IMG/VR virus record: IMGVR_UViG_3300011116_000913
Location: 1 to 36,619 of that record
Length of the DNA stretch: 36,619 bases
Origin: a virus
Taxonomy: Duplodnaviria; Caudoviricetes
Reading direction: 5' to 3' (one strand)
Shown here: piece after piece, positions 27,524 through 36,619 of the stretch
How positions within the stretch are numbered: the stretch's first letter is position 1
Layout: each line of letters begins with the position of its first letter
Program-made: the position numbers and the translations under genes
The notes under the pieces: model-generated
Told to the model about the DNA's origin: nothing
Database searches by the model: none
The model's input: the letters and a program-made list of their open reading frames with translations, nothing else

Positions 27524-29179
27524 ATGAGTACATTTGCGCCAATAAGAGGTGAGGATTTTAATATTGCGCCGTTTGAAGTAAACAAGGAATATTATATCCT
27601 CACCGGAAGTTATACTAAACAAGGTTACAAAGTACAACAGGGATTTTATTATAATGGGCCTATTCACATAAGTTCATCAAAAGACATAACATACCCAAAA
27701 AATTCCGATGGATCTTACAAGTATATTGTCTATAGTTCACTTAATCATCTATATTATAAGAGAGGATTTGCATGGACTAATTCTTTAGAAGGGTGGGACA
27801 GAAATAGAACTACTAAAAATTTGTTTTTAACTGCTAGTTTACTTTCTATTCCTTCTTTAAATTACGGAGACAAGATTAAAGAAACCACATTATATTTAAA
27901 AGGACTAAACAACAATGTACTTTTAGTAGATGATGGACACAATAACTTATATGACAAGAATATAAATACGAGCTCTTTCCTAAATACGGATAACTTATGC
28001 GGATATTGGGGATTCCAGGACGCGCATAAAGCATATCGATATGGTAGAGGAGGTAAGAAAACATTATTTATAAGATACGAAAGTGAAGTTATTGAGCCCC
28101 AAGAAAAATCAAAATCATATCAAGTAGCTTATTCAAGTGGTATTCCTATTAACGGCACGAGAACAGGTTTAGCTGCGGAATTTTATGGTGATGGTTATAT
28201 TCACACTAAAAACTTTGACACAGTTAGCTTTGAGTCGGCAGACAATTTTACCATAAGTTTTTGGTTGAAAGCGCCGGTATCTCAGAGTGTATTAACTAGC
28301 AATAAAAATACAGTAATTGACAAGAAGTCCATATTATACAGGGAAGAATTTGGTAGATTAAAGAGAATAAACAAAGGTAATTTAATTGTAACAGATGTAT
28401 TTTCTTCGTCTTCTTTCAAATATTATCCGGTAGATTATTATCCGTATGATTTTTCCGTACACAATCACACTCATCCACAGCCAGGAAAATTATCTTTCAG
28501 TAGGTCAGATGGATTTTCAACATTGCAATTGACATCTTCTAATTCCATTTTAGATAATAATTTTCATCATGTATGTTTAGTTAAGACAGGCTCAAACATT
28601 CAATTATATGTAGATGGAACCTTAAATTCATCAAGAGCAGATGTTAAAGATGAAACTGTCAATGTAAGTGATATAATGATAGGTGCATCTTCTTTTGATG
28701 GAAGAAATGGATATACAGGACTTATAGATGAATTAAGATTTTACAATAGAGCAGCAACATCTCAAAATGTAGCTAGCTTATATAATACATCATCTATTTC
28801 ATGTTACCAGACAAGTAGAGTGGGTAATGTGTTTTATAGAACAGGTAATTTAGTAATTACAAGCCTAGATAAAAAATATCATGAAATATTATCTAACAAT
28901 TGGTTGCTTTATTATAAAAATAGTTTAACTTTGTATGAATTTGAAATGTTATGCAGAATTAAAAGAGGTGATTTTAATCTCACATTGAACCCTTCCTCTA
29001 CTAAGACTGTTAAGAGTACAGAGTATTTGGATGATTTCACAGGTTCTTTATCTCCTTACATAACTACTATTGGCTTGTACAACAAATATAACGAGCTAAT
29101 TGCAGTAGGTAAAATGGGACAAGCAATAAAGAAAAGAGATGATGTGGATTTAAATGTTATTGTAAAATTTGATTATTGA
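27524..29179 (+). CDS. Tail collar/baseplate protein, paralog 3, with LamG/concanavalin-like domain
   Basis: FTISFWLK, FHHVCLVK, LYVDG and GLIDELRFYNRA LamG motifs, plus the shared YITTIGLYN...ELIAVGK C-terminus. Confidence 0.75.
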   Translation: MSTFAPIRGEDFNIAPFEVNKEYYILTGSYTKQGYKVQQGFYYNGPIHISSSKDITYPKNSDGSYKYIVYSSLNHLYYKRGFAWTNSLEGWDRNRTTKNLFLTASLLSIPSLNYGDKIKETTLYLKGLNNNVLLVDDGHNNLYDKNINTSSFLNTDNLCGYWGFQDAHKAYRYGRGGKKTLFIRYESEVIEPQEKSKSYQVAYSSGIPINGTRTGLAAEFYGDGYIHTKNFDTVSFESADNFTISFWLKAPVSQSVLTSNKNTVIDKKSILYREEFGRLKRINKGNLIVTDVFSSSSFKYYPVDYYPYDFSVHNHTHPQPGKLSFSRSDGFSTLQLTSSNSILDNNFHHVCLVKTGSNIQLYVDGTLNSSRADVKDETVNVSDIMIGASSFDGRNGYTGLIDELRFYNRAATSQNVASLYNTSSISCYQTSRVGNVFYRTGNLVITSLDKKYHEILSNNWLLYYKNSLTLYEFEMLCRIKRGDFNLTLNPSSTKTVKSTEYLDDFTGSLSPYITTIGLYNKYNELIAVGKMGQAIKKRDDVDLNVIVKFDY

Positions 29180-29180
29180 C

Positions 29181-29606
29181 ATGGCAGGATTTTTTAACAA
29201 TTCATTTAAGACTAGACTAGCGCAGAAAGAGGGGTACAGATCTAATTTCGAAAAGTCTATTGCTTTACAAATATCAGGCTCTTTGGGAGTAAACCCTAAA
29301 GATTTGTATGAGAAAAAGGTTATTAAGTACATAAAACCGGAAACTCCTAGAACTTATTTAGCAGATTTCGAGTTACCCAATAATATTATCATAGAAGCTA
29401 AAGGAAGATGGACTTTAGAAGAACGTAAAAAAATGATGGATATTATTTCATGTAATCCTCATTTAGACATCAGGATTGTATTCCAGGACCCTCATGTAAG
29501 AATTTCAAAAGGAGCCAAAACCACTTACGCCGAGTGGTGCAATAAACACAATATAAAATGGGCGGCTTATTCCATACCTAAGCAATGGTTTGAAGAAAAA
29601 AAATAA
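29181..29606 (+). CDS. Endonuclease I (T7 gp3-like Holliday junction resolvase)
   Basis: GYRSNFE, YLADF.LPN.IIIEAKG, LDIRIVFQ, KTTYAEWC and IPKQW motifs. ATG at 29181. Confidence 0.88.
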   Translation: MAGFFNNSFKTRLAQKEGYRSNFEKSIALQISGSLGVNPKDLYEKKVIKYIKPETPRTYLADFELPNNIIIEAKGRWTLEERKKMMDIISCNPHLDIRIVFQDPHVRISKGAKTTYAEWCNKHNIKWAAYSIPKQWFEEKK

Positions 29607-29612
29607 TTATAT

Positions 29613-30521
29613 ATGCGTTTTAGATTATTATCGGTTTTAGAGGAAGTGCTAGGTTCTTCGGAATCAGCGGGTAAATCAGACATTGTTTTTCATTGTCCCT
29701 TCTGCAATCACCACAAAAAGAAGTTAAGTATAAATTTAACTAATCAAAAGTATCACTGTTGGATTTGTGAAACTAAGGGGAGGAGTGTAAGTAATCTTTT
29801 CTACAAATGCGGTGCCACAAAGACTCAAATTGACCAACTTAGAAATGTTTTAGAGTATTATCAGATGAAAGATGATACTCAAATAGACACTCCTACAGCA
29901 TTATTGAAATTGCCCGATGAGTATGTATCATTGGACAAGGTTCCGAACAAATCTGTATTAAATTTCTTAAGGAGATTTAAACCTTTTTTTACAAGTCAGG
30001 ACATAATAAGACATAAGGTTGGATATTGTCTAACAGGTAAGTACGCAGGTAGGATTATACTACCATCTTATGACAAGAACGGCACACTTAATTTTTTTGA
30101 AGGTAGAGATTTTACAGGTCTTTCGCCTTACAAATACTTAGGCGCTCCTGTTAAGATAAATGATATTATAGTCAATGAGTTTTTCTTAGATTTTAAATTC
30201 CCTATAGTTATCGTAGAGGGTTTTTTCGACAGTGTATCAGTAAGAAGAAATGTGACTTATTTAACGGGCAGTATTATTTCAGAAAAGTTAAAACATAGAC
30301 TACTTATGGAGGAAACTCCGTTAGTATATGTGGCTATTGACCCGGACAAAAAGAAACAAGCTATAAAGTATTGTTTGGAATTAGGAGCCATTGGCATTCC
30401 TACCAAGCTAGTTGACTTAGGTACAAAAGATCCTAGCGATTTAGGGTATGATGACACATGGGATGCTATAGAAGGAGCAGTTGAAATTAATGAGTATTCA
30501 GCAATAACAAATTTACTATGA
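29613..30521 (+). CDS. DNA primase (Zn-finger + TOPRIM)
   Basis: CPFC..H...YHCWIC zinc finger, GRIILP, FEGR, IVEGFFD, IDPD and KDPSD. Confidence 0.88.
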   Translation: MRFRLLSVLEEVLGSSESAGKSDIVFHCPFCNHHKKKLSINLTNQKYHCWICETKGRSVSNLFYKCGATKTQIDQLRNVLEYYQMKDDTQIDTPTALLKLPDEYVSLDKVPNKSVLNFLRRFKPFFTSQDIIRHKVGYCLTGKYAGRIILPSYDKNGTLNFFEGRDFTGLSPYKYLGAPVKINDIIVNEFFLDFKFPIVIVEGFFDSVSVRRNVTYLTGSIISEKLKHRLLMEETPLVYVAIDPDKKKQAIKYCLELGAIGIPTKLVDLGTKDPSDLGYDDTWDAIEGAVEINEYSAITNLL

Positions 30522-33500
30522 TTCTAATAAAGGACACAGGAAGAAAAGTGGATAAGATTTTTCACATTTCAGATATTCATGTTTACAATTATCAAAGACA
30601 TGAAGAATATATAGAAGTGTTTGAGAAACTGTATAAAATCATTCGAGAGAGAATGACAGACAATTCCATTATATTTTTGGGCGGGGATATCGTACATTCA
30701 AAAACAAATATGTCTCCAGAATTATTCTCTGTAGTATCTAACTTATTATCTACATTATGCAACATGCTTCCTACCATAGTGATATTAGGAAACCATGACT
30801 TAAATCTAAATAATAAAACAAGATTAGATGCATTAACTCCCATTATAAACAGCTTAAATCTACCTACATTACATTTCTTGAATGAAACAAATGTATATAA
30901 ATATGAACAAATAGCATTTAGTTTATTACATGTCAAAGATAAGATTGAAAATGTAATCCCCGCAAAATCCTTTGATGCAGAAACAAAAATATTAATGTAT
31001 CATGGACCGGTAAAGAATTCGGCAACAGCATACGGATATCTACTAGAAGGAAATTATTTAGATGTATTAGATCATGCAGATTATGATTACATCTTATTGG
31101 GAGACATTCATAAACATCAATATCTCAATTTAGAAAGAACAGCAGCTTATCCATCTAGTTTGATACAACAGAACTTTGGAGAAGATTTAACACATGGGAT
31201 TATAGAATGGGATTTAAATAAGAAAACAAGTGAGTTCATTAAGATAGCATCCTCTAATGGCTATTATACATTTAAATTAAAAAATGATAAAGTAGCTGAA
31301 AAAATACCTGGAGATTTACCCTATAATCTTAATGTAGCTATCACCGCGGAAAATTGTACTCAAGAATTTATAGACTCCTTTTGTGTAGCATTGGAGAAGA
31401 AATATAATGTTCTACGTATAAAAAAACCAAAAGTAACTAAATTTATTATAGACAATGGTAAGGGAGAAGTATCACTAGACAAAGAGAACATAATAAGAGA
31501 CTTTGAATGGAGACACTCGATGCTAGAGAGATATGTTCAAAACGAGTTAAAACAAGAGTACCAAGCGGATAAATTCTTAGATATACATAAAACAGCCTCC
31601 TTAGAATTAGACGAGCCTTCTGAATTTATAGGTGTTACATGGAAGCCTTTACGATTTGAGTTCTCTAATATGTTTTCCTACGGAGAGGGTAATGTGTTTA
31701 ATTTAGGAGAATTAGGAGGACTGGTTGGATTATTTTCACCAAACGCCTCCGGGAAGTCTACCCTATTAGATGCTATGACCTACTGTATTTTTGATAAATG
31801 TAGTAAGACAAGTAGCGGCGCTGAGGTTATGAATACATCTTCTGATTTCTTTTCCTGTAAATTAGAATTATCGGTTGCAGGAGAGTCTTATTTTATCGAA
31901 CGTAATGGCAAGAAAGGAAAAGACGGGAAAGTAAAGGTTGTAGTTAATTTCTATAAAGAGGATGGAACTTCTTTAAACGGCGAACAAAGATACGAGACAA
32001 ATGACAGCATTAGAAAGTATCTGGGAAGTTATGAGAATTTTATGCTTATAACAATGTATGACCAACATAATAAATCTGATTTTATTGATAAGACACAAAA
32101 AGATAAAAAGGATTTATTGTATAAGTATTTCGATATAGACATCTTTGAGAAATTAAATGATACATCTAAAGAGCATCTCAAACAATTAAAATATGAAATT
32201 GAGAACCACCAAAAACAAAAATACAATGAATCTATAACGGAGTATGAAAATATTATAATAGATATAAAGTCTAAGCTAACACAAGTAGAGGCTAGTCTAG
32301 ATTTAAATAAAAAGAATTCTGACATCCTTTCCGTACAAATAGAAAACAAAAGAAAAGAACTTATACCTTATCCTAAGCAATCTATAAATTATGCCACAAA
32401 AATAGACGAGGAGAGCAGAAATGAAGCTACCCTTAGTTCATCCTTAGAAGACAAGAGAAAGTCTTTTGTAGAGGCTAGAAATGCCCTTAAAACGAATCTC
32501 TCCGAATTAGATGACATGGGAGAAATAGTTGACGTATCTTCTAATCTAGTTGAGGTAAGGAAAAAATTATCTGATTTTGACAGAGACATCGTAGTAACGG
32601 AATCCGAAATAAAATCTAGCAGTAAATTAATAGAACATCTACAAGGTTATGAACACGATCCTAACTGTGTGTATTGTGTAAAAAACAATAAGTATGCATT
32701 AGATGGAGAGAAGGCTAAAAAAGATTTACCAGAATTACTAGATAAACTAGAAAAACTAAAACAGAATAAAAATGAAGTAGCAGAATATATGGAGCATCTA
32801 GAAATAGCTGATTCTACATATAAAAAATATAAGGACAAGAAAGTCGAATCAGATAGACTAAAATCTAACTTGGACAATATAGAAAGCCAAGCAAATATTA
32901 TAAAAGAGAAAATACAAATCTCAAAAAACTTAATTATAGAATACTCTGAGAAACTAAAAGAACAGGAGTCTTACAAAGAAATAGAGCAAAAAAACGCTGA
33001 AATAGAAAGTGAAATAGCTAAATTGCTAGATGAGAAAAAATCAATAGATGACGCTATATACCAACTAGCTTATACTATCGGTGGACATAAATCTACAATA
33101 ACTAGCAATGAATTAAAAATCAAAGACATAAAATTAAAAATTAAAAAGTTTAAGGATGATACTTTGACTTATAATAATTATTTTGTTTTTGAGAAGGCTA
33201 CTAGAAGAGATGGAATTCCTCTTTTCATTATTAAAAATTATCTACCTGTTTTAGAAAATGTTGTAAATGATGCCTTAAAAAATGTAGCAGCATTCAATGT
33301 TCAATTTGAGTTATCGGATAAAACATTAGAAGTATTTATATCTTATGTAAATGGACCTAAGTGGCCTCTTTCTTTAGCATCCGGCATGGAAAGATTTATA
33401 TCATCCTTAGCCATAAGAGCAGCATTAAATCATGTTACTGTACTTCCAAAACCTGACTTCTTTTTTATAGATGAGGGATTTGGTGTTCTAGATTCTGATA

Positions 33501-33649
33501 ATATTGCTAACGTAGGATTATTCTTAGAAGAGCTTACATCATATTTTAGATTCATACTATGCATATCACATTTGGATGTAGTTAAAGATTATGTAGCAAA
33601 GGAACTATTTATTGTAAAGGATAACGGACATTCTCAATTAATATCATAA
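30518..33649 (+). CDS. Mre11-Rad50 (SbcD-SbcC; gp47-gp46-like) fusion nuclease-ATPase
   Basis: Phosphoesterase motifs SDIH, GDIVH, GNHD and GDIH; Walker A PNASGKST; coiled coils with CVYC hook (32666-32677); ASGMERF signature; FIDEGFGVLD Walker B; ISH switch. Confidence 0.92.
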   Translation: MILIKDTGRKVDKIFHISDIHVYNYQRHEEYIEVFEKLYKIIRERMTDNSIIFLGGDIVHSKTNMSPELFSVVSNLLSTLCNMLPTIVILGNHDLNLNNKTRLDALTPIINSLNLPTLHFLNETNVYKYEQIAFSLLHVKDKIENVIPAKSFDAETKILMYHGPVKNSATAYGYLLEGNYLDVLDHADYDYILLGDIHKHQYLNLERTAAYPSSLIQQNFGEDLTHGIIEWDLNKKTSEFIKIASSNGYYTFKLKNDKVAEKIPGDLPYNLNVAITAENCTQEFIDSFCVALEKKYNVLRIKKPKVTKFIIDNGKGEVSLDKENIIRDFEWRHSMLERYVQNELKQEYQADKFLDIHKTASLELDEPSEFIGVTWKPLRFEFSNMFSYGEGNVFNLGELGGLVGLFSPNASGKSTLLDAMTYCIFDKCSKTSSGAEVMNTSSDFFSCKLELSVAGESYFIERNGKKGKDGKVKVVVNFYKEDGTSLNGEQRYETNDSIRKYLGSYENFMLITMYDQHNKSDFIDKTQKDKKDLLYKYFDIDIFEKLNDTSKEHLKQLKYEIENHQKQKYNESITEYENIIIDIKSKLTQVEASLDLNKKNSDILSVQIENKRKELIPYPKQSINYATKIDEESRNEATLSSSLEDKRKSFVEARNALKTNLSELDDMGEIVDVSSNLVEVRKKLSDFDRDIVVTESEIKSSSKLIEHLQGYEHDPNCVYCVKNNKYALDGEKAKKDLPELLDKLEKLKQNKNEVAEYMEHLEIADSTYKKYKDKKVESDRLKSNLDNIESQANIIKEKIQISKNLIIEYSEKLKEQESYKEIEQKNAEIESEIAKLLDEKKSIDDAIYQLAYTIGGHKSTITSNELKIKDIKLKIKKFKDDTLTYNNYFVFEKATRRDGIPLFIIKNYLPVLENVVNDALKNVAAFNVQFELSDKTLEVFISYVNGPKWPLSLASGMERFISSLAIRAALNHVTVLPKPDFFFIDEGFGVLDSDNIANVGLFLEELTSYFRFILCISHLDVVKDYVAKELFIVKDNGHSQLIS

Positions 33650-33652
33650 TAA

Positions 33653-36619
33653 ATGGCTTTTGGATTAACATCACCATCATCTGAAGAAAATAAAAGACTG
33701 ATTAGCTCTGGTATAAAGAGTTATATAAACGAATTTACTCTTTTTGATGGAGATGCTTTAAGTTCTAATTATTTTGGTTTATCCTTACCCACGGAGTTTT
33801 TAAAAGGATCTAATGAAATAGGAATAAACCCCACGCAAAACTTAGTTAAAGGAACTCAAGTTTTTGTTGAAGTTTATGATTCGGAGGGTAACTTAATTCC
33901 GCATGAAATAAAGAATGTTGCAAATGCTAATGGTTCTGCTATTGTAACTGTTACCATAGGAGATAAGGTACCGATAGGAAATTGTGAAATATACATAGCA
34001 GGTACAGCTAATTTTGACGTACTTAGAAATAGACGATTAACAAATTTATCTTCTCCTAATATTATATGGGTGGGTAAGTTGTTGTGTAATACTAAGAAAA
34101 AAACAATAGGAGATATAAAATATACTATACCTCCTAAAGTAGATTTAACTCCCGAAACAAGAGCTTTTCAAAATTTTTCCGGAAGTAGAGCTACAGGTAG
34201 TTGTCATGCAGTTAGTTTATCTTTTATATCTTCAGCTCCTCCTTCGCAATATTCCTCTAACTATTCTTCTAATACACCCGAATTATTTGACGGAACACCT
34301 ATCTCATCCACTCCCACTGTAAACACATCTGGAAGTTTAGCTAATTCCGGTAACTTTTCTATAACGACTGACGCAAATAACCTTAGCACAATAGTAGCTA
34401 ATACAGGCGCTCCGTTTAAAAAAGAGATGGAAAAGGGCACAATATCTTTAACCCCTGATATTTCCAAGTATTTACCCGGGGATTTACCCTCCGGATATTC
34501 GCCAACAGTTCCCTCTTACACTGCAACTATTGTAGAGGTAATTAGTAGCACTCAAATAAAAGTAGATAAGCAATTTTTTTATAGAGAATCTTATGTAAAT
34601 AAAAGAAAAGAATCTTCTGAAATCTACATAACTAGATTTGATTCATCTAATATATGTATAGACTATTTCAAAAGCCCGGACACAAGCGATGGACAAAAGA
34701 AAACAGGATATGCAAAAATATGTGTTAAGAATGCTAAACCTGTATCAGGAGATGTCGATAGAGTAAAAGTTTCCGCAAAAGCAGCCGGAGGGGTGGGAAG
34801 TCCTGTTAGCTTAGGAGAATTTAAAATACCTAAAACAAGTAAATTAACAGACAATTCTTCCTATGACTTTTCAGCTAATGGAGGTATAGAAAATAAAAAA
34901 GTAGGTAATATAAAAGATAGTTCCGATATATCCACTTATTTCGATATCAATAAATTCAGAAAACAGAATTCTTCTTACGAAAATATAGGAACAGGTGGAA
35001 TAACTACTTCTGCAAATAGTGGAAACATAATTAACGCCTTAGATGTACAGCACAATAAACAAGAAAATGAAGTAGTAAACATAACAGTAAAAGATTCTTT
35101 TTTATCTAAATCGGTACCTAACACTGAATACACTGTACAAATATCTGCATTTTCTGAAAAAGACGCGAATGGAAAAACCCCACAACTTGACATATACATT
35201 CAAGGACCTGATGTAGAAAAATCTCCATTATCTGTAAATCAAGTAAACGCGGCATCTCCATCTGGTACATCTGAAAAAAATTCATTTGGAACTTTTTTAG
35301 GGTCTTTAATAGGAGGTAATAATAAGTCTGAAATAAAAAAGACTTTTACATTTAAAGCTACATCTGAAGATAACATAAAACCCAATTTTATTATAAATGC
35401 GGGCCAATGGAATGTTTCCGATATAGATATATTTCCTAGCGCGTCAGACGGAGGAACACCAAATGAATTCTGTATTGATATCCCATTAGATAATCTACCT
35501 ATAGCTAAAATAGACACAGAGTATATTTTTGAAATAGAATACATAAATGCTAATGGAATTTCTGCTAATTTTTCTACAACAGTTTATGGAGTAAAAGTTA
35601 ATACAGACGTAACTATAGATGAACAACTATTAATAAATACATTTAACAGCAGTCCGGCATTTCAAGCATTAGTAGCAAGTTCTTCAACAAAAGGAGATAA
35701 AGGAAATAAAGGAGATTTTAAAGGAAGCAAAGGACAAAAAGGGGAGGCCGGACTTAAGGGAATAAGTGGGTCTAAAGGAGAATTAGGAGACGCAGTATTT
35801 ACCGGTTCTTTGAATAGTTGTAATGTTATTACAATTAACCACGGTACAGGAATACAATACCCGGTATTTACTATATATTCCTATGACGGTAACTCTGTTA
35901 TCCCGGAAAATTATACTGCCATAGATGAAAATACTATAGAAATAACTTTTGGAGAATGTTTTAAAGGATTTGTTTCTATAGCTGGAGGGGGTGAAAAAGG
36001 ACCGAAAGGAGAAAAAGGAAATTTTAAAGGATCTCAAGGTATACAAGGTCCACAAGGTGTTATTGGATTGCAGGGATTACAAGGAATTATAGGCACACAA
36101 GGTTTTCAAGGAAGGCAAGGACCTCAAGGCAATCAAGGAATACAAGGTCTTCAAGGAGTACAAGGCCCTACGGGTTTACAGGGTAGTATAGGACTACAAG
36201 GATTAACAGGTCTTCAAGGAAGCACAGGTTTACAAGGTAATACCGGTCCTCAAGGAGATACAGGTTCACAAGGAAATCAAGGACCTACGGGATTACAGGG
36301 TACTACCGGAGCTCAAGGTAATCAAGGACCACAGGGAAATCAAGGACCAACTGGTTTACAAGGTACTACCGGATCACAAGGTAATCAAGGACCACAGGGA
36401 AATCAAGGACCAACTGGTTTACAAGGTACAACAGGAGCACAAGGAAATCAAGGACCAACAGGACCGCAAGGTAACCAAGGACCTACAGGTTTGTCAGGAG
36501 TAGGGGTTCAAGGACCCACCGGAGAACCCGGAGGAAGCGGTCCACAAGGCAACCAAGGACCGCAAGGAAGACAAGGTCCTAGCATAATAAGTCCTCCCGG
36601 TAATCCTGACAAACCTGTA
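33653..36619 (+). CDS. Large tail fibre-like protein with collagen repeats (3' end runs off the window)
   Basis: Not in the ORF track. ATG at 33653 (MAFGLTSPSS...) is open to the window end. It has G-X-K collagen, a TINHGTGIQYPVFTIYSYDG..VIPENY..IDENTIEITF domain, then G-X-Q collagen from ~36030. Confidence 0.85.
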   Translation, partial: MAFGLTSPSSEENKRLISSGIKSYINEFTLFDGDALSSNYFGLSLPTEFLKGSNEIGINPTQNLVKGTQVFVEVYDSEGNLIPHEIKNVANANGSAIVTVTIGDKVPIGNCEIYIAGTANFDVLRNRRLTNLSSPNIIWVGKLLCNTKKKTIGDIKYTIPPKVDLTPETRAFQNFSGSRATGSCHAVSLSFISSAPPSQYSSNYSSNTPELFDGTPISSTPTVNTSGSLANSGNFSITTDANNLSTIVANTGAPFKKEMEKGTISLTPDISKYLPGDLPSGYSPTVPSYTATIVEVISSTQIKVDKQFFYRESYVNKRKESSEIYITRFDSSNICIDYFKSPDTSDGQKKTGYAKICVKNAKPVSGDVDRVKVSAKAAGGVGSPVSLGEFKIPKTSKLTDNSSYDFSANGGIENKKVGNIKDSSDISTYFDINKFRKQNSSYENIGTGGITTSANSGNIINALDVQHNKQENEVVNITVKDSFLSKSVPNTEYTVQISAFSEKDANGKTPQLDIYIQGPDVEKSPLSVNQVNAASPSGTSEKNSFGTFLGSLIGGNNKSEIKKTFTFKATSEDNIKPNFIINAGQWNVSDIDIFPSASDGGTPNEFCIDIPLDNLPIAKIDTEYIFEIEYINANGISANFSTTVYGVKVNTDVTIDEQLLINTFNSSPAFQALVASSSTKGDKGNKGDFKGSKGQKGEAGLKGISGSKGELGDAVFTGSLNSCNVITINHGTGIQYPVFTIYSYDGNSVIPENYTAIDENTIEITFGECFKGFVSIAGGGEKGPKGEKGNFKGSQGIQGPQGVIGLQGLQGIIGTQGFQGRQGPQGNQGIQGLQGVQGPTGLQGSIGLQGLTGLQGSTGLQGNTGPQGDTGSQGNQGPTGLQGTTGAQGNQGPQGNQGPTGLQGTTGSQGNQGPQGNQGPTGLQGTTGAQGNQGPTGPQGNQGPTGLSGVGVQGPTGEPGGSGPQGNQGPQGRQGPSIISPPGNPDKPV
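36030..36585 (+). repeat. Gln-rich collagen-coding repeats
   Basis: Units such as GNQGPTGLQGTTG(A/S)Q; caaggtaatcaaggaccacagggaaatcaaggaccaactggtttacaaggtac occurs twice, 63 bp apart. Confidence 0.9.

Noticed and set aside
30592-36055. Minus-strand ORFs within the Mre11-Rad50 and final fibre genes
   Set aside because: Antisense to long continuous plus-strand reading frames.
1-36619. Stop-codon reassignment, introns/inteins, tRNA genes
   Set aside because: The standard code gives dense, full-length ORFs using TAA, TAG and TGA stops. I saw no intein, homing endonuclease or cloverleaf signature by eye; tRNAscan-SE would confirm.

Overview
AT-rich fragment of a large dsDNA tailed phage, probably with a contractile tail and a Bacteroidota (Flavobacterium-like) host. 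The host inference rests on an exact TTG-N19-TAnnTTTG promoter and A-rich starts without Shine-Dalgarno sites. Two divergent gene blocks meet at a ~430-bp non-coding region (5782-6213) that is packed with CATG/ACATGT sites. The left block (- strand) holds fibre/collagen genes and small hypothetical genes. The right block (+ strand) runs: membrane protein with AT-hook, degenerate HD protein, small membrane protein, gp55-like sigma factor, baseplate module (gp5-like hub, gp25-like, gp6-like, DNRLRE-like, large wedge, three paralogous collar/fibre proteins), T7-type endonuclease I, primase, a single-chain Mre11-Rad50 (SbcD-SbcC) fusion and a collagen fibre gene. Both window ends stop inside closely related, inverted Gln-rich collagen repeats. 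Best leads: a three-way-junction RNA in a fibre-gene leader, a CATG-rich origin candidate beside a membrane-anchored AT-hook protein, an A9C slippery site with a protein-like -1 extension, an HD pseudo-enzyme, a TATTTAT late-promoter candidate, and strong [S/T]-G-S enrichment in outer virion proteins. All family calls are motif recognition by eye, not database searches.
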